This document shows, piece after piece, positions 39,926 to 50,446 of a stretch of 64,000 bases of DNA. The position numbers and the translations under genes were made by a program. The DNA is from Candidatus Bathyarchaeota archaeon (GTDB lineage: Archaea > Thermoproteota > Bathyarchaeia > Bathyarchaeales > Bathycorpusculaceae), in assembly GCA_963780185.1 (NCBI GenBank), contig CAWABA010000005.1:112964-176963 (forward strand), given 5' to 3'. Below the pieces are notes generated by a model that saw nothing but the letters and a program-made list of their open reading frames with translations, did no database searches and was not told the origin of the DNA. Position 1 is the stretch's first letter; each line of letters opens with the position of its first letter.

Positions 39926-40314
39926 TGAGTTGGCAAATATCTTCTGGGCCGACAACGGTTACTTTTCCCGTGAACCCACAGAACATTACGGATGAGAACC
40001 CGATTGTTGAATCCGATTTTCAGGTTGAGAGCCAGCAAAGTGTGGTTGTCAGCGAGGGACTGGATGTGCGCACTCTGACGCTTAAGGGCTTCTTTTACGC
40101 GTCTGGACAAACCAAAGCCAACCTTGATACGAACTTTTGTGGTCCATTGCTGAGCCTAAATCGAAAAGAGGTCGCTCTCAGCAGCCCAACAGCCAGGTAC
40201 AACGGCAACTGGGTTCTCATTGTTAAGAGCCTCGAGGAAAAGGCGGAGGGCAACCTGCAACGGTATTCCTACACGCTTGTCTTAAAGCAAGGCGCAACCT
40301 TCGTCATCCTATAA
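39925..40314 (+). CDS. Putative distal tail/hub protein
   Basis: Directly follows the tape-measure gene; TVTFPVNPQNI..RTLTLKG..YSYTLVL pattern. Confidence 0.5.
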   Translation: MSWQISSGPTTVTFPVNPQNITDENPIVESDFQVESQQSVVVSEGLDVRTLTLKGFFYASGQTKANLDTNFCGPLLSLNRKEVALSSPTARYNGNWVLIVKSLEEKAEGNLQRYSYTLVLKQGATFVIL

Positions 40315-40672
40315 ACCACTCAAGCAGACTTTCGCTCCGTCTTTACGAATTTTTTCTATTAGAATATAGATTCTCTATTCACAGTTCTCAAATATGCCAA
40401 GGGCAATACGTTAAGTGTTAACGTTTGAGGAGATGTCAGGTTTGGTTGAAGTCGAAATCTTCCTTACGATCAGTTTAGTATACAGCTTATGCGCCTACGT
40501 GGCTTACCGTTTCAGAAGCTGAGTACGCCCTTCTAAGAACGCGCTCAGATGGGCAAGTTAAACTGCGAGGCAGCAGGTTTCGTTTTGCGTTTTTTCTGTC
40601 GTTCCTTTTCGTTTGGGTGCTTACTGGGAAACTGGTTTGTTGTACGAATAGATAGAATCGGATGTGTGAACT

Positions 40673-40858
40673 ATGGTTAGTTGGCAGTTTCAGTACTGGA
40701 ACGGGTCAGGCTGGGTTAATTTTGCAAACGCGCAAATCGACCATATCCTAGAAGAGCTTAGCAGCGTCGGCGGCCAAGAAGAACTCGCCTTCGCCTTGCC
40801 TAACACATCGGCGAACCGAACCATCGTGCAAGCTTTGCCTTACGTGCAGTGCCTCTTC
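40673..40858 (+). CDS. Viral tail/baseplate gene N-terminus, cut at the junction
   Basis: MVSWQFQYWNGSGWVNFANAQIDHILEELS..ELAFALPN; composition changes abruptly after 40858. Confidence 0.45.
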
Positions 40859-40894
40859 GCAATTTTTATGTACGTCTTCTTCTTCGCTCATTAC
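40859..40894. other. Chimeric junction with a Nanopore-adapter-like remnant
   Basis: GCAAT-TTTTATGTAC..TTCGCTCA-TTAC resembles the ONT adapter strands; genes on both sides are truncated; sharp GC jump. Confidence 0.75.
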
Positions 40895-41715
40895 ATGATG
40901 TTGTGCAGGAAGGCGCCGCGCGATTTGACCGCCTTGTTGACTTCAACGAGGTGCTTGTCGTTGATCCCGGGGATCATCACCGAGTTGACCTTGCACAATA
41001 TGCCGCGTTCGGTCAGCATTTCGAGGCCGCGCAACTGGTGATCGGTGAGGATCTGCGCCGCTTCAATGCCGGTGATGCGCTTGTGCTTGTAGAAAATCCA
41101 CGGATAGATTTTCGCGCCGACTTCCGGATCGACCATGTTGATGGTGATGGTGACGTGATCGACGTTGAAGCTGGCGATGGTGTCGACATGTTCGGGCAGG
41201 GCCAGACCATTGGTCGACAGACACAATTTAATGTCCGGCGCGGTCTGGGAGATCAGCTCGAAGGTCTTGAACGTCTTGGCCGGATTGGCGAGCGGATCGC
41301 CGGGGCCGGCGATGCCGAGCACCGTCATCTGCGGGATGGTGCTGGCGACGGCGAGAACCTTTTTCGCCGCCTGTTCCGGCGTCAGCTTTTCGCTGACCAC
41401 GCCGGGACGCGATTCATTGGCGCAATCATATTTGCGATTGCAGTAGTTGCATTGAATGTTGCAGGCGGGCGCCACCGCGACATGCATGCGCGCATAATGG
41501 TGGTGCGCTTCTTCGCTGTAGCAGGGATGGTTCTTGACCTTGTCCCAGATTTCGGGAGGCATGTCCTCCGGCCCATCGCTGGAGCCGCAGCTTGGCTTGG
41601 CGGTTCCGCCAGACGTCGTGCCGCAACCCTTGTGTTCGGCGACCTGCTGCATGACAGCTTCGAGATCGACTTCGGAGCCCTTGGCGCCGTTTTCATGATG
41701 TGCCGATAAATCCAT
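40891..41715 (-). CDS. nifB: FeMo-cofactor biosynthesis radical SAM protein NifB (3' truncated at the junction)
   Basis: [32 protein letters not shown]; stops at FLHNIM where NifB normally continues. Confidence 0.95.
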   Translation of the reverse strand: MDLSAHHENGAKGSEVDLEAVMQQVAEHKGCGTTSGGTAKPSCGSSDGPEDMPPEIWDKVKNHPCYSEEAHHHYARMHVAVAPACNIQCNYCNRKYDCANESRPGVVSEKLTPEQAAKKVLAVASTIPQMTVLGIAGPGDPLANPAKTFKTFELISQTAPDIKLCLSTNGLALPEHVDTIASFNVDHVTITINMVDPEVGAKIYPWIFYKHKRITGIEAAQILTDHQLRGLEMLTERGILCKVNSVMIPGINDKHLVEVNKAVKSRGAFLHNIM

Positions 41716-41750
41716 TTCCGATCCTCGCGTTAATGACCTGCGCATAAGTT

Positions 41751-41766
41751 AGCAACGCATATGCCA
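41751..41766 (-). promoter_or_regulatory. sigma54 -24/-12 promoter of nifB
   Basis: Minus strand TGGCAT-ATGCG-TTGCT. Confidence 0.85.
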
Positions 41767-41828
41767 CAAAGAGCGCCAATTATTATTCATTATATTTCAA
41801 TTGGTTATGCGCTTGTTTAACTCTGTCT

Positions 41829-41883
41829 TGTCGGCTTGCGCACAGAAAACCGCGGCGGTTTTCTCCCTGTTGCAAAGCCGACA
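41829..41883. promoter_or_regulatory. Two NifA upstream activator sites
   Basis: TGT-N10-ACA at 41829-41844 and 41868-41883. Confidence 0.8.
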
Positions 41884-41958
41884 CGTCCATTGTCGCAGCG
41901 CAAAACGGAGAAGGGAGCCGAGGCTCCCTTCTGATTTTTCATTGCCCGATCGGAAACG

Positions 41959-42826
41959 TTACCCTGCGATGAGGATTTCGCTGGCGCGCTCCAAAGGCAG
42001 GGCGATCGGCACGATATTCTGGGTCGCCAGGAAACGGCGTTCGTTCAGGGTCAGTTTTTCAGGCTGGACCACCGCGTAATGCGGCGCAGCGGAACGCTTG
42101 CTGACTTCCGCGCATAGGTGCGCAGCAATTGATCGTGGAAGCGACAGCCGATGAACAGGAAGCTGCGCTCGGTGCGGCGATCCTTGACCACGTCGGGGAT
42201 CGGCGTCTGAATGTCGATCTCGGTCAGCACTTCGACATAATCGGCGTCGGAGATGAGGAAGTTTTTGGCCGGATCGACGCCGCCATGCGGCTTGTACAGC
42301 ACCGTCTTCCAGCCTTCGGCGTCGGCGCGGGTCGCCTCTCCGCCATTGGCGTCGTAAAAGCGATACCAGCGGTCCTCGCTGAGGCCGGAACGGGTGATGC
42401 CCTGGATTTCCCCCAGTCGCTGCGCCCGGCCAGCGCCTTGCGCGCGCCGCCGTCATACCAGGTATCGACAATCAGCGGCAGCGGCAAAGTCGCCAGATGC
42501 TGAAGCAATGGCGTCGGCTCGACTGCCGGCGCGAAAGCCTCGTTCATGAGCTTGGTCACCGTCGAGCGATGCTTGAAGCTTTCGATATGCTGCGCCGCCG
42601 CCCAGGGGTTGCCTTTGGCGCGCCGCGGCAGCGCGACCTTGGAGCCGAAATAGGCCGCCAGTTCTTCCGGCGTCATCGGAATCGTCGGCGACGTCAGTTG
42701 CGCCAGGCCGGGGCCGATATAGGGAATGATCGTGCCGCCGCGCAATTGTCGCGCGAGGCCGGCCAGCAGGGTTTCGGCGTCAGTCGGGGACAGGAAGTCC
42801 TGATCGAGCAGCGGCGCATTCATCAT
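41959..42826 (-). CDS. nif-associated SIR2-like domain protein (frameshifted)
   Basis: IIPYIGPG..IVDTWYDG..LYKPHGG..ISDADYVE..FLFIGCRF, assembled across three frames. Confidence 0.78.
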
Positions 42827-43044
42827 TCAGCCTCCTCGGCCTCGGCGCGTTTCTTCGCTTCGACGGTAATCGGCAAACGGGTGTCGGCGGCGAGCGCCGG
42901 CAGGTCCAGCACCCAGCCATTGGCGATCTTGATCCAGCCGCCCCACAGGGTTTCGAATTCCGATTCGACGATCGGCTCCTCGAGATCCTTCTTGGGGACA
43001 TAAATGCTAAGACCGGACTCTCCGCGACGGATCATGATCTTCAA
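42823..43044 (-). CDS. nifT: NifT/FixU
   Basis: KIMIRR..YVPKKDLEEPIV..WGG..NGW..LPITVEA. Confidence 0.92.
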   Translation of the reverse strand: MKIMIRRGESGLSIYVPKKDLEEPIVESEFETLWGGWIKIANGWVLDLPALAADTRLPITVEAKKRAEAEEAE

Positions 43045-43159
43045 ATTGCAATTCCTTCGATGGCGCCGATTGGCGAATGACGCTCCCCAAAAGCAGGAGA
43101 GCAAAGGGCGGCGCCGCGCGGCTTGCCGGCGCGGGATTTTGCGAGCCTACCGGCAGGCG

Positions 43160-43354
43160 TCAGGCCTTGACGCAGGTTCCGGGGACCGGGCAAACCTCGT
43201 CGCACTTGGCGTGGTCGAAGTGTCCCTCGCATTCCGTGCACTTCTTGGGGTCGATGATGAAAGTGTCACCCTTCATCTTAATCGCCGCGTTCGGACATTC
43301 GAACTCGCAAAGGCTGCAACCGGTGCAGCTTGAAGCGATGATCTTGTAGCTCAT
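43160..43354 (-). CDS. fdxN: 2[4Fe-4S] ferredoxin FdxN
   Basis: [28 protein letters not shown]. Confidence 0.88.
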   Translation of the reverse strand: MSYKIIASSCTGCSLCEFECPNAAIKMKGDTFIIDPKKCTECEGHFDHAKCDEVCPVPGTCVKA

Positions 43355-43431
43355 CGAAAAATCTCCTCATTCAACCGCGTTCGCGACTTGGACGGGTCGG
43401 CCCGTCAGCGCTCGAACGACGCTTTCTGTCG

Positions 43432-43447
43432 AGCAAGGCTCATGCCA
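43432..43447 (-). promoter_or_regulatory. sigma54 promoter of fdxN-nifT-SIR2
   Basis: TGGCAT-GAGCC-TTGCT. Confidence 0.82.
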
Positions 43448-43538
43448 GCAGCGAAATCGGGTTTTTCTTGAAACCCCGCTCCCGCTTTGCACGTTTCGTA
43501 ACCGTCCGCGTTTGGATTGCGACAACAGCGGGAGCGAG

Positions 43539-45237
43539 CTAGAATTTCTTGATCGGGATGCGATGCTTGACGAGCGCATAGGCGATCTGGCGGGGCGTCA
43601 GATTGAGCAGGCGCGCGGCCTTGGCCTGCACCCAGCCGGCTTTTTCCATCGCATCGATGAGCTTTTCGCGCTCCGGCCCGGACCCGCGCCCTCGAACGCC
43701 GCCGGAGCGGCTCGGCGGCGCGGCCTCTGGCGGCGCCGGCGTGTCCGGCATGAAGTCGCGCCACAAGGTGGAGGAGAGACAGGAATCGTCGCTGCAGGCG
43801 AAATCCGCATCGCCGATGACGTCGGCATGCGACAGAACGGCGGCGCGGCGCACGCAATTTTCCAGCTCACGCACATTGCCGGGAAACCAGCAGCCTTGCA
43901 GCCGGCGCAGGGCCGCCGCGGACAGCTCTTTCCGCGCGCCATTTTCTTCATTGAAGCGGCGGAGGAATTCCTGCGCCAGCAGCCCGATGTCCTCGGGACG
44001 GTCGCGCAGCGGCGGCAGCAGGATCGACACGACATTGATGCGATAATAGAGATCTGCGCGGAAATCGCCGCGCTCCACCGCCCTCTCGAGATTCCGGTTG
44101 GTGGCGAAGACGAAACGCACGTCGACCTTGACCGTCTGCGATCCGCCGACGCGCTCGAACGCGCCATCCTGCAGGACGCGCAGCAGCTTGGCCTGAAAGG
44201 CGGGCGAAATGTCGCCGATCTCGTCGAGGAACAGCGTGCCTGTGTGGGCGCGTTCGAAACGTCCCTTGTGTTGGCCGCGCGCTCCGGTGAACGAGCCCTT
44301 CTCATGACCGAAGAGTTCGGATTCGAGCATGGTTTCCGTCAGGGCGGCGCAGTTGAGACGGATGAAGGGGTCATTCTTGCGCGGCGACAAATCGTGGATG
44401 GCGCGAGCGAATAATTCCTTGCCGGAGCCGGATTCGCCGCGCAAAAGCACGGTCGTGTGGGTGCGCGCGACGACGTTGATCTGGTTGAACACCGCGCGCA
44501 TCGCCGGACTGGCGCCGACGATCCCGGTCAGCGCTGCTCGCCATGCAGGGCTGGTTGTCGCGGCGCCTCCTTTTCCAGCCGACGCTGCTCTTCCATCAGC
44601 CTTTCGCGATCGCGCGTGACAATGTCATAGAGACGCAGGGTCTGGCCGATCATCGCGCCGATCATCGTCAGAAAGCGGGCGTCTTCCTCGCGCGCGGGGT
44701 CGCCTTCCGCTGAGGCGCGTTCGACGAGCACGACGCCGATAACACGGTCCCGCTGCTCGATCGGCGCGCCGATCAGGGCGATCGGCCCCTCGCCCAAGGC
44801 GCTCCCGGCCAGCCGGCCAACAGGGGATCTTTCGTCGCATCGCCGACAATGAAAGCCCGCCTCGTGGCGACAAGGCGTGTGGCCAGGCTTTTGGGCAAGC
44901 TCTGGAAATGGGCTTTCGCGTCGCCTTCGCCCCAGCCGGAGCCGACGGCGGCGGTCGCGCGGCCGGCGTCGTCGATCAGCACGATCAAGCCCCGCCGCAT
45001 GTCGACGAAGCGCGACAGCGCGGTCAGGACGCTCGACAGCACCGCTTCGAGCCGCCCCGGCGACGCCAGGATTTTCGAGATTTCGTAAAGTCCCTGCAGC
45101 GCCTTTTCCGCGCGGCCGACGTCGCCGACATCGGGCCCGGCTCGCGATCCAGACATGACGGCGCAGGGCTTCAAAACCGTTTCCGATCCGATTCCAGCGG
45201 ATCGGGGATTGGCCATTGATGCGTTACCGTCACGCAA
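43539..45237 (-). CDS. nifA: Nif-specific sigma54 activator NifA (GAF-AAA-HTH; frameshifts near 44790 and 44530; start uncertain)
   Basis: [14 protein letters not shown] start, [25 protein letters not shown]11-C-X19-C-X4-[23 protein letters not shown]. Confidence 0.9.
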
Positions 45238-45610
45238 ACCGATGTTCCACTTCGCTTGAAAAACGCGTCAGACGATCTTCAACGAGTTCGAGCGACACGA
45301 AATTGCTGGCCGGCTCCGGCTTGGGCGCCACCGCCTCCTGGTGCACCTTGAACAGGCGCTCCTGGATCGGCGTGGAGGCGACGAAATCCTGATAGGCCTG
45401 TTCGAGATGCTCGCGGCACAAAGCCTTGATCTTCGCGTCGTCCAGCCCCTCGAATGCGCCGTCGACTTCGCTGCCCTTCAGATATTGTCCCATGCGCCGC
45501 AGGATATGCAGACGCGAAACCTGGACCACCGTCGGTTCGAAAGGCAAGTCGAGATAGTTGAAGAAATCCTCCGCCGAAGACAATCTTCCGAGTTCCTGCA
45601 ACACGCTCAT
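45230..45610 (-). CDS. nifW: NifW
   Basis: LSSAEDFF..VSRLHILRR..AYQDFV.STP..RLFKV. Confidence 0.93.
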   Translation of the reverse strand: MSVLQELGRLSSAEDFFNYLDLPFEPTVVQVSRLHILRRMGQYLKGSEVDGAFEGLDDAKIKALCREHLEQAYQDFVASTPIQERLFKVHQEAVAPKPEPASNFVSLELVEDRLTRFSSEVEHRFA

Positions 45611-45634
45611 TGATTCAGCCTCTCCATTTGATTT

Positions 45635-46378
45635 TCAGTCTCCGCCGCCAAATCTCCCGAACGAAGCTTTGGCGCGGCCCTGCATGTGATTGATGCGCGC
45701 TTCCAGGAAATCGACGCGGTCGAGCAGGATCGACAGCACTTCGCCGACCGGATCGGCGATGAGATGATGATCGAGATTGATGCGCCCCCCGGCCCCGCCG
45801 CGCCGCAAGGGTTCGCGCACGATCCGCGCCGGAATGCCGACCGCCGTCACGCCCGGCGGCACATCCTCGACAACCACCGAATTGGCGCCGATCCGGGCGC
45901 CGGCCCCGACCTTGATCGGGCCGAGGATTTTCGCGCCCGCCCCCACGAGCACGCCGTCCTCGATGGTCGGATGGCGCTTGCCCGCCGACCAGCTGACGCC
46001 CCCCAGCGTGACGCCATGATAAAGCGTCACATTGTCGCCGACTTCCGCCGTCTCGCCGATCACCACGCCCGCGCCGTGATCGATGAAAAAATTGCGGCCG
46101 ATGGTGGCGCCGGGATGAATGTCGACATTGGTCGCCAACCGCGCGAACCACGACAGAAACCGCGCCGGGAATTTGAAACCGGAGCGCCAGAGCCTGTTGG
46201 CGAGGCGATGCCAGATGATGGCGTGCACGCCCGGATAGGTCAGCAGGATTTCAACGACATTGCGCGCCGCGGGGTCGCGCGCCTTGACGCAACCGACATC
46301 GTCGCGCCACAGGCGCCACAGGCCGGGAAGCGCCGGTCTGGCGGCGTTTCCTTCGATGGGCGCGGCGGCAGTCGTCAT
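45635..46378 (-). CDS. cysE: Serine O-acetyltransferase (nifP/cysE)
   Basis: [38 protein letters not shown]. Confidence 0.95.
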   Translation of the reverse strand: MTTAAAPIEGNAARPALPGLWRLWRDDVGCVKARDPAARNVVEILLTYPGVHAIIWHRLANRLWRSGFKFPARFLSWFARLATNVDIHPGATIGRNFFIDHGAGVVIGETAEVGDNVTLYHGVTLGGVSWSAGKRHPTIEDGVLVGAGAKILGPIKVGAGARIGANSVVVEDVPPGVTAVGIPARIVREPLRRGGAGGRINLDHHLIADPVGEVLSILLDRVDFLEARINHMQGRAKASFGRFGGGD

Positions 46379-46415
46379 GGCGTGAGCCTCGGAGCCTGAT
46401 CCCGGAAAATTTAAG

Positions 46416-46706
46416 TCAGTGGCCGGGCTTGAAGCCCATGGGCACGGGAATGACGCGGACGAATTCGCCGAGCTTTTCGATCATCTTGGCCTGAATGCCT
46501 TCCAGCGTCGCGCTGGCCAGCTTGCAGAACACGCAGGCGCCCGTGAGACGCACATTGATCTTGTTGCCGTCGACCGAGATCAACTGGCAGTCGCCGCCAT
46601 CCCGAACGAGATTGGGGCGGACCTCATCGATAACCTCGTTGATCAGCTGGAGACGCTGGGCTTCCGACGTCGTGGCGGCTTTGGTTTCCAACACTTGAGT
46701 CTGCAT
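46416..46706 (-). CDS. Stand-alone NifU C-terminal (Nfu) domain protein
   Basis: [19 protein letters not shown]. Confidence 0.88.
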   Translation of the reverse strand: MQTQVLETKAATTSEAQRLQLINEVIDEVRPNLVRDGGDCQLISVDGNKINVRLTGACVFCKLASATLEGIQAKMIEKLGEFVRVIPVPMGFKPGH

Positions 46707-46762
46707 GGTTTCGCCTCGTCAAATAGAAAAAGTTAACGCCGAAAAACTCAACCCAAGCTGAC

Positions 46763-47083
46763 TTAGCCAAAACTCTTGCCGCAGGAGCAGGAGTGGGTCG
46801 CGTTGGGATTGTCGAAAGTGAAGCCGGCGCCTTCGATAGCGACGACGAAATCAATGGTGATCCCGGCCAGAAGCTCGCGGCTGCCCAATTCGACGAAGAC
46901 CTTGACGCCGTCGCGCTCGACCACGTCGTCATGCTCATCGGCGGTCTTGACCAGACCCATCAGATATTTGTTGCCGGCGCAGCCGCCCGTCTCGACTTTG
47001 AGGCGCAAGCCCTCGACGGGCTCGGACGCGCCCTTGATGGCGTTGCGGACAGCATTCAGGGCGCTGTCGGTCAGATGGATCAT
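46763..47083 (-). CDS. iscA: A-type Fe-S carrier (IscA-nif/HesB)
   Basis: GGCAG.KY..F.FDNPNA..CSCGKSF. Confidence 0.92.
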   Translation of the reverse strand: MIHLTDSALNAVRNAIKGASEPVEGLRLKVETGGCAGNKYLMGLVKTADEHDDVVERDGVKVFVELGSRELLAGITIDFVVAIEGAGFTFDNPNATHSCSCGKSFG

Positions 47084-47126
47084 GCCAGTCCTCCATAAAG
47101 CAGAGAAGCTCTCTGCCATGGGGATT

Positions 47127-47221
47127 AGCAAAAGCCGCGCCAGAACGAATGGATCCCCTTGGTCATTGCTTTTCAAGCAGTTAGCCCGACACACCGAGGG
47201 AGCTGTGTCGCGATGCCGACA
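47127..47221 (-). promoter_or_regulatory. sigma54 promoter and NifA site for iscA-nfu-cysE-nifW-nifA
   Basis: TGGCGC-GGCTT-TTGCT at 47127-47142; TGT-N10-ACA at 47206-47221. Confidence 0.82.
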
Positions 47222-47226
47222 CAGGC

Positions 47227-48936
47227 TCAGGCAGCGACGGCGCCGGCCTGGTCCAGTCCGCGAAAGACCGCGCAGCGTTTGAACACGCCGAGATCGGGAC
47301 GGATGTCGCGATGGCGACAATATTTCGCGACCAGTTTCGCCAGTCCCTTTATGTCGCGGCCGCTGGTCTGCGGATAAATTTCGACCAGCGTCCCGATCAG
47401 GGCTTCGTCGAGCCCGAGCGCGAACTGCTCCGACATGACGCCCCAGATGCGCTTGCGCGCCTCGACATCGGGCGAATGAAAGCGGATCAGGGCGATGCAG
47501 CGCGAGACGATGGCCTCGTCTATGTCGTCGATGCGATTGGTGGTCAGGAACAACAGGCCGTTGAAATATTCCAGCACGCGCAGAAAAACGCCAACCACCG
47601 CATTCATGGTCATGTCGTCCTGCCGCCGCTTGATATAGACGTCGGCCTCGTCGATCAGCATGACCGCGCCCCAGCGCTGGGCGCGCAGCAGCGCCTCCTT
47701 GAGCGCGGTCTCCATGGCCGCGACATTCAGTCCCAATTGCCCGGAATGGACGCGATAGAGCGGACGCTTGACGATTTCGGCATAGACTTCCGCCGTCAGG
47801 GTCTTGCCGACGCCGGGCGGTCCGGCGCAGAGCACCGTGGTGCCGCCCGACTTGCCCGCGACGATATCGTCCATCAGCACGTCCATTTCGGCGGTCAGAA
47901 TGTCGATCAGGTCGGTCTGCTCTTCCGGCAGCACGAGCTTCTGCTTGAGGTCGGGCTGATAGACATAAGGCTCGATATCCTCGACATGGACCCAGACATA
48001 ATGGTGCAGATCGAGATGGAACATCAGCACGAAGGGATGGACGGGAATCTGGCGGAACAAGTCCTTGCCGATCGCCTCCTTCTGCGCCGCGACCTCGTCC
48101 TCTTCCGCATAGAGATTGCTCTTGGCCGCCTTGCGCAGATAGCCGCCGACAATGTCGCCGGTCAGCTCCAGCGTCAGGGCGCGATTGCTGAGCAGGCTTT
48201 CGTCATTGACCAGCCGCGCCGGATTGCCGCCCGACGACAGAATGACCGCGTCCTTGCGCGTCCAGTCATTGCTGCGATGCTGGGCGGAGGGGTCTTCGGC
48301 GAAAAAGCCGAGGCCGCCGCCGGAGAATTGTGCGCCATAGCGCGCGCGCCAATCGAAATAATTTTTTGCGTTGGCGTCATAGGCGGCGATCAGCTCCGGC
48401 GTCTCGCGGAAAAGGCCCTTGGATGCGAAAATCTCGGCCACCGTCTTGCCGACGATTTCGCCAGCGGAAATGCGCACTTGCTGCGTCGCCAATTCGCCTT
48501 TGGAATTGGCCTTGAGCTCGACGAAAATGCGGCCGGTCTCGTCATTGGAGGGCGGCGTATAGTCGAGCCGCGCCACCACATAGGGCAGCGGCCGGCCGGC
48601 GATATTCATGCTGAACAGCCAGCCGCGTTGCGCCTCCTCGATCAGGAAGGCGACGATGGCGGGCACGACGGTTTCGAGATCCTCGGCGCCGAAGCGCGTC
48701 GCCTTTGAGTCGAAGGCGCGTCGCAAGGTCGCCAATTGGGCGCGATGATTTTGCATCGGCGGGCCGGCGCGGCCGTAAAGATCGTCCAGATGATCGACCT
48801 GGGAGTCCGACAATTGCTGGAACGACACTTCGACCTTGTCGCCGAACAGCAATTGCGCCTTGAGCGACTCCAGCTCCGGAAAGGCTTCCGCCAGAGCTTC
48901 GACATAGGGCCGCGCAATATGCAGCTTCATGCTCAT
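47227..48936 (-). CDS. AAA+ ATPase
   Basis: GPPGVGKTLTAE, MLIDEAD, FLRVLEYF.GLLFLTTNR..D.AI.SR. Confidence 0.9.
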   Translation of the reverse strand: MSMKLHIARPYVEALAEAFPELESLKAQLLFGDKVEVSFQQLSDSQVDHLDDLYGRAGPPMQNHRAQLATLRRAFDSKATRFGAEDLETVVPAIVAFLIEEAQRGWLFSMNIAGRPLPYVVARLDYTPPSNDETGRIFVELKANSKGELATQQVRISAGEIVGKTVAEIFASKGLFRETPELIAAYDANAKNYFDWRARYGAQFSGGGLGFFAEDPSAQHRSNDWTRKDAVILSSGGNPARLVNDESLLSNRALTLELTGDIVGGYLRKAAKSNLYAEEDEVAAQKEAIGKDLFRQIPVHPFVLMFHLDLHHYVWVHVEDIEPYVYQPDLKQKLVLPEEQTDLIDILTAEMDVLMDDIVAGKSGGTTVLCAGPPGVGKTLTAEVYAEIVKRPLYRVHSGQLGLNVAAMETALKEALLRAQRWGAVMLIDEADVYIKRRQDDMTMNAVVGVFLRVLEYFNGLLFLTTNRIDDIDEAIVSRCIALIRFHSPDVEARKRIWGVMSEQFALGLDEALIGTLVEIYPQTSGRDIKGLAKLVAKYCRHRDIRPDLGVFKRCAVFRGLDQAGAVAA

Positions 48937-49063
48937 GTCCGCTTCCTTTTCGATGGCGTCGTCAGGCGAAGCGAAGGCCGGCTCGCGTGAAAAAAAGACG
49001 ACAAGGATCGTTGCTGCGGTGCGACAAGCATGGTTCAGGCCAGACAATTTGTGGCGCAAAAAG

Positions 49064-49079
49064 CGGCAGACCATTTGCA
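49064..49079 (+). promoter_or_regulatory. Possible sigma54 promoter
   Basis: CGGCAG-ACCAT-TTGCA, about 55 bp upstream of 49133. Confidence 0.5.
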
Positions 49080-49132
49080 TAGGGACTGTCGGCGCGAGGA
49101 CGCGCGAAGAATTTTCAAGTTGGAGAATGCAA

Positions 49133-49725
49133 ATGACTTCGATCGAGACGACCGCCTTTGCCGGGCTGGAAAAGGAAGGCCGCCTGCTCAACGCGGTTTA
49201 CAAGGGCCCCACCGGCAAGCCCGGCTATTGCGCGTTCCGCGGCGATTTCGCGCTGGAGTTCCAGGTCTCGGTGGCCGACGAAAAGCGTCCGCCGCTGTAT
49301 TCCTTCGAGGGCGTGCTGGCCATCGCCAAGGAAGGCGAGCCGACCATTGAAGTCTTCGCCGGCTACCTGCACAACATGGCCTATATCGAAGCCTTCAAGA
49401 AGGTCGTCGGCCCGCTGCTGTCGCCGAAGGGAACCTATTTCATCTTCGTCAACAATATCGACTTCCTGAAGAAATACACGATGCCGATGGGCGACGCGAC
49501 CCTGACCATTCTGCCTTGCGACGAGTTCGACCGTCTGGAAGGAAATGACCGACATGTGCGGTCTCGACAAGAACGACTTCAAGAAGCTCGACGGCGGCGC
49601 GCAAGGTGCAGCTCCTGCTCGACAAGGCGGTCGAACGCAAGGAGTCCTTTGAGCCCATCACCATGGAAGCAGCCATCGCCACCATGGAGCCGGTCAAGAA
49701 CCGCAACGAGAACCGCCCGGTCTGA
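49133..49725 (+). CDS. Hypothetical protein in the nif cluster (frameshift near 49527)
   Basis: Strong high-GC codon bias; ends ..MEPVKNRNENRPV* in the shifted frame. Confidence 0.7.
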
Positions 49726-49782
49726 CGCCGGAAAGCCGGAGCCTTCCCGATCCGATGGACTCGGATCGGGGCTTTGGCTTTT

Positions 49783-50184
49783 TCACAGCTGGTCGGCTTC
49801 CTCGCAGTCTTCGTCGTCTTCGACCAGCGTGACGCCCGTCACGCAAATATCGCCATCGATGACCTCCAGGGCGACAGGCGTCAGGCTCTCGCCCTTGCAG
49901 GGTCCATCCGAACAGCGTCCGGTGCCCAGTTCGAACAGGGCGCCATGCTTGCCGCACATCAGGCGCAAGCCGTTGGGATCCATAAAAGTCTCGCGCTCCC
50001 AATCGAGATTGGTCCCATGGTGCGGGCAGCGATTGAGATAGCCGAACACGCGCTTTCCCCAGCGCACCACCACGATGTTGAAAGGCTTGGGTTCGCCGCC
50101 CTCGCCGACCACGGCGAGCTGGAAGCCGGTCGCCCTCTGGCTCGGAATGTCGGACAGGGCGCAGATCACATAGGCTTCGGACAT
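49783..50184 (-). CDS. Rieske [2Fe-2S] ferredoxin
   Basis: NRCPH...CGKHGALF..G.C..GPC. Confidence 0.9.
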   Translation of the reverse strand: MSEAYVICALSDIPSQRATGFQLAVVGEGGEPKPFNIVVVRWGKRVFGYLNRCPHHGTNLDWERETFMDPNGLRLMCGKHGALFELGTGRCSDGPCKGESLTPVALEVIDGDICVTGVTLVEDDEDCEEADQL

Positions 50185-50208
50185 TTTCGGTCGCTCTCCT
50201 CTCAATAT

Positions 50209-50442
50209 TCAAATGGCCGCGGCGGCCTTCTCGCTCTTGGCGAGCAACAGGCGATTGACGGCCAGCGAAAATTCGGTCCAGGCGGCGGCGAGATCGCGCA
50301 TGATCACCTGCCGATATTCCTTGGCCAAATGATGTTCTTCGGGAAAATTCGACAGGGCGCAGGAGGTCTGGTTGAAGGCGACCACATCGTCGAAAAACTG
50401 GCGCAGGAAATCGCTGAACGGTTTTTGCGCCAGCGGCGTCAA
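50209..50442 (-). CDS. Hypothetical protein
   Basis: In-operon ORF between the oxidoreductase and Rieske genes. Confidence 0.55.
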   Translation of the reverse strand: MTPLAQKPFSDFLRQFFDDVVAFNQTSCALSNFPEEHHLAKEYRQVIMRDLAAAWTEFSLAVNRLLLAKSEKAAAAI

Positions 50443-50446
50443 CGCG

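Larger units (their letters stand above)
15176..40858. mobile_element. Decayed or rearranged archaeal tailed-virus (Caudoviricetes-like) region
   Basis: RHH pair, TerS/TerL, four fibres, tape measure and tail genes; no capsid or integrase recognised in the window. Confidence 0.8.
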
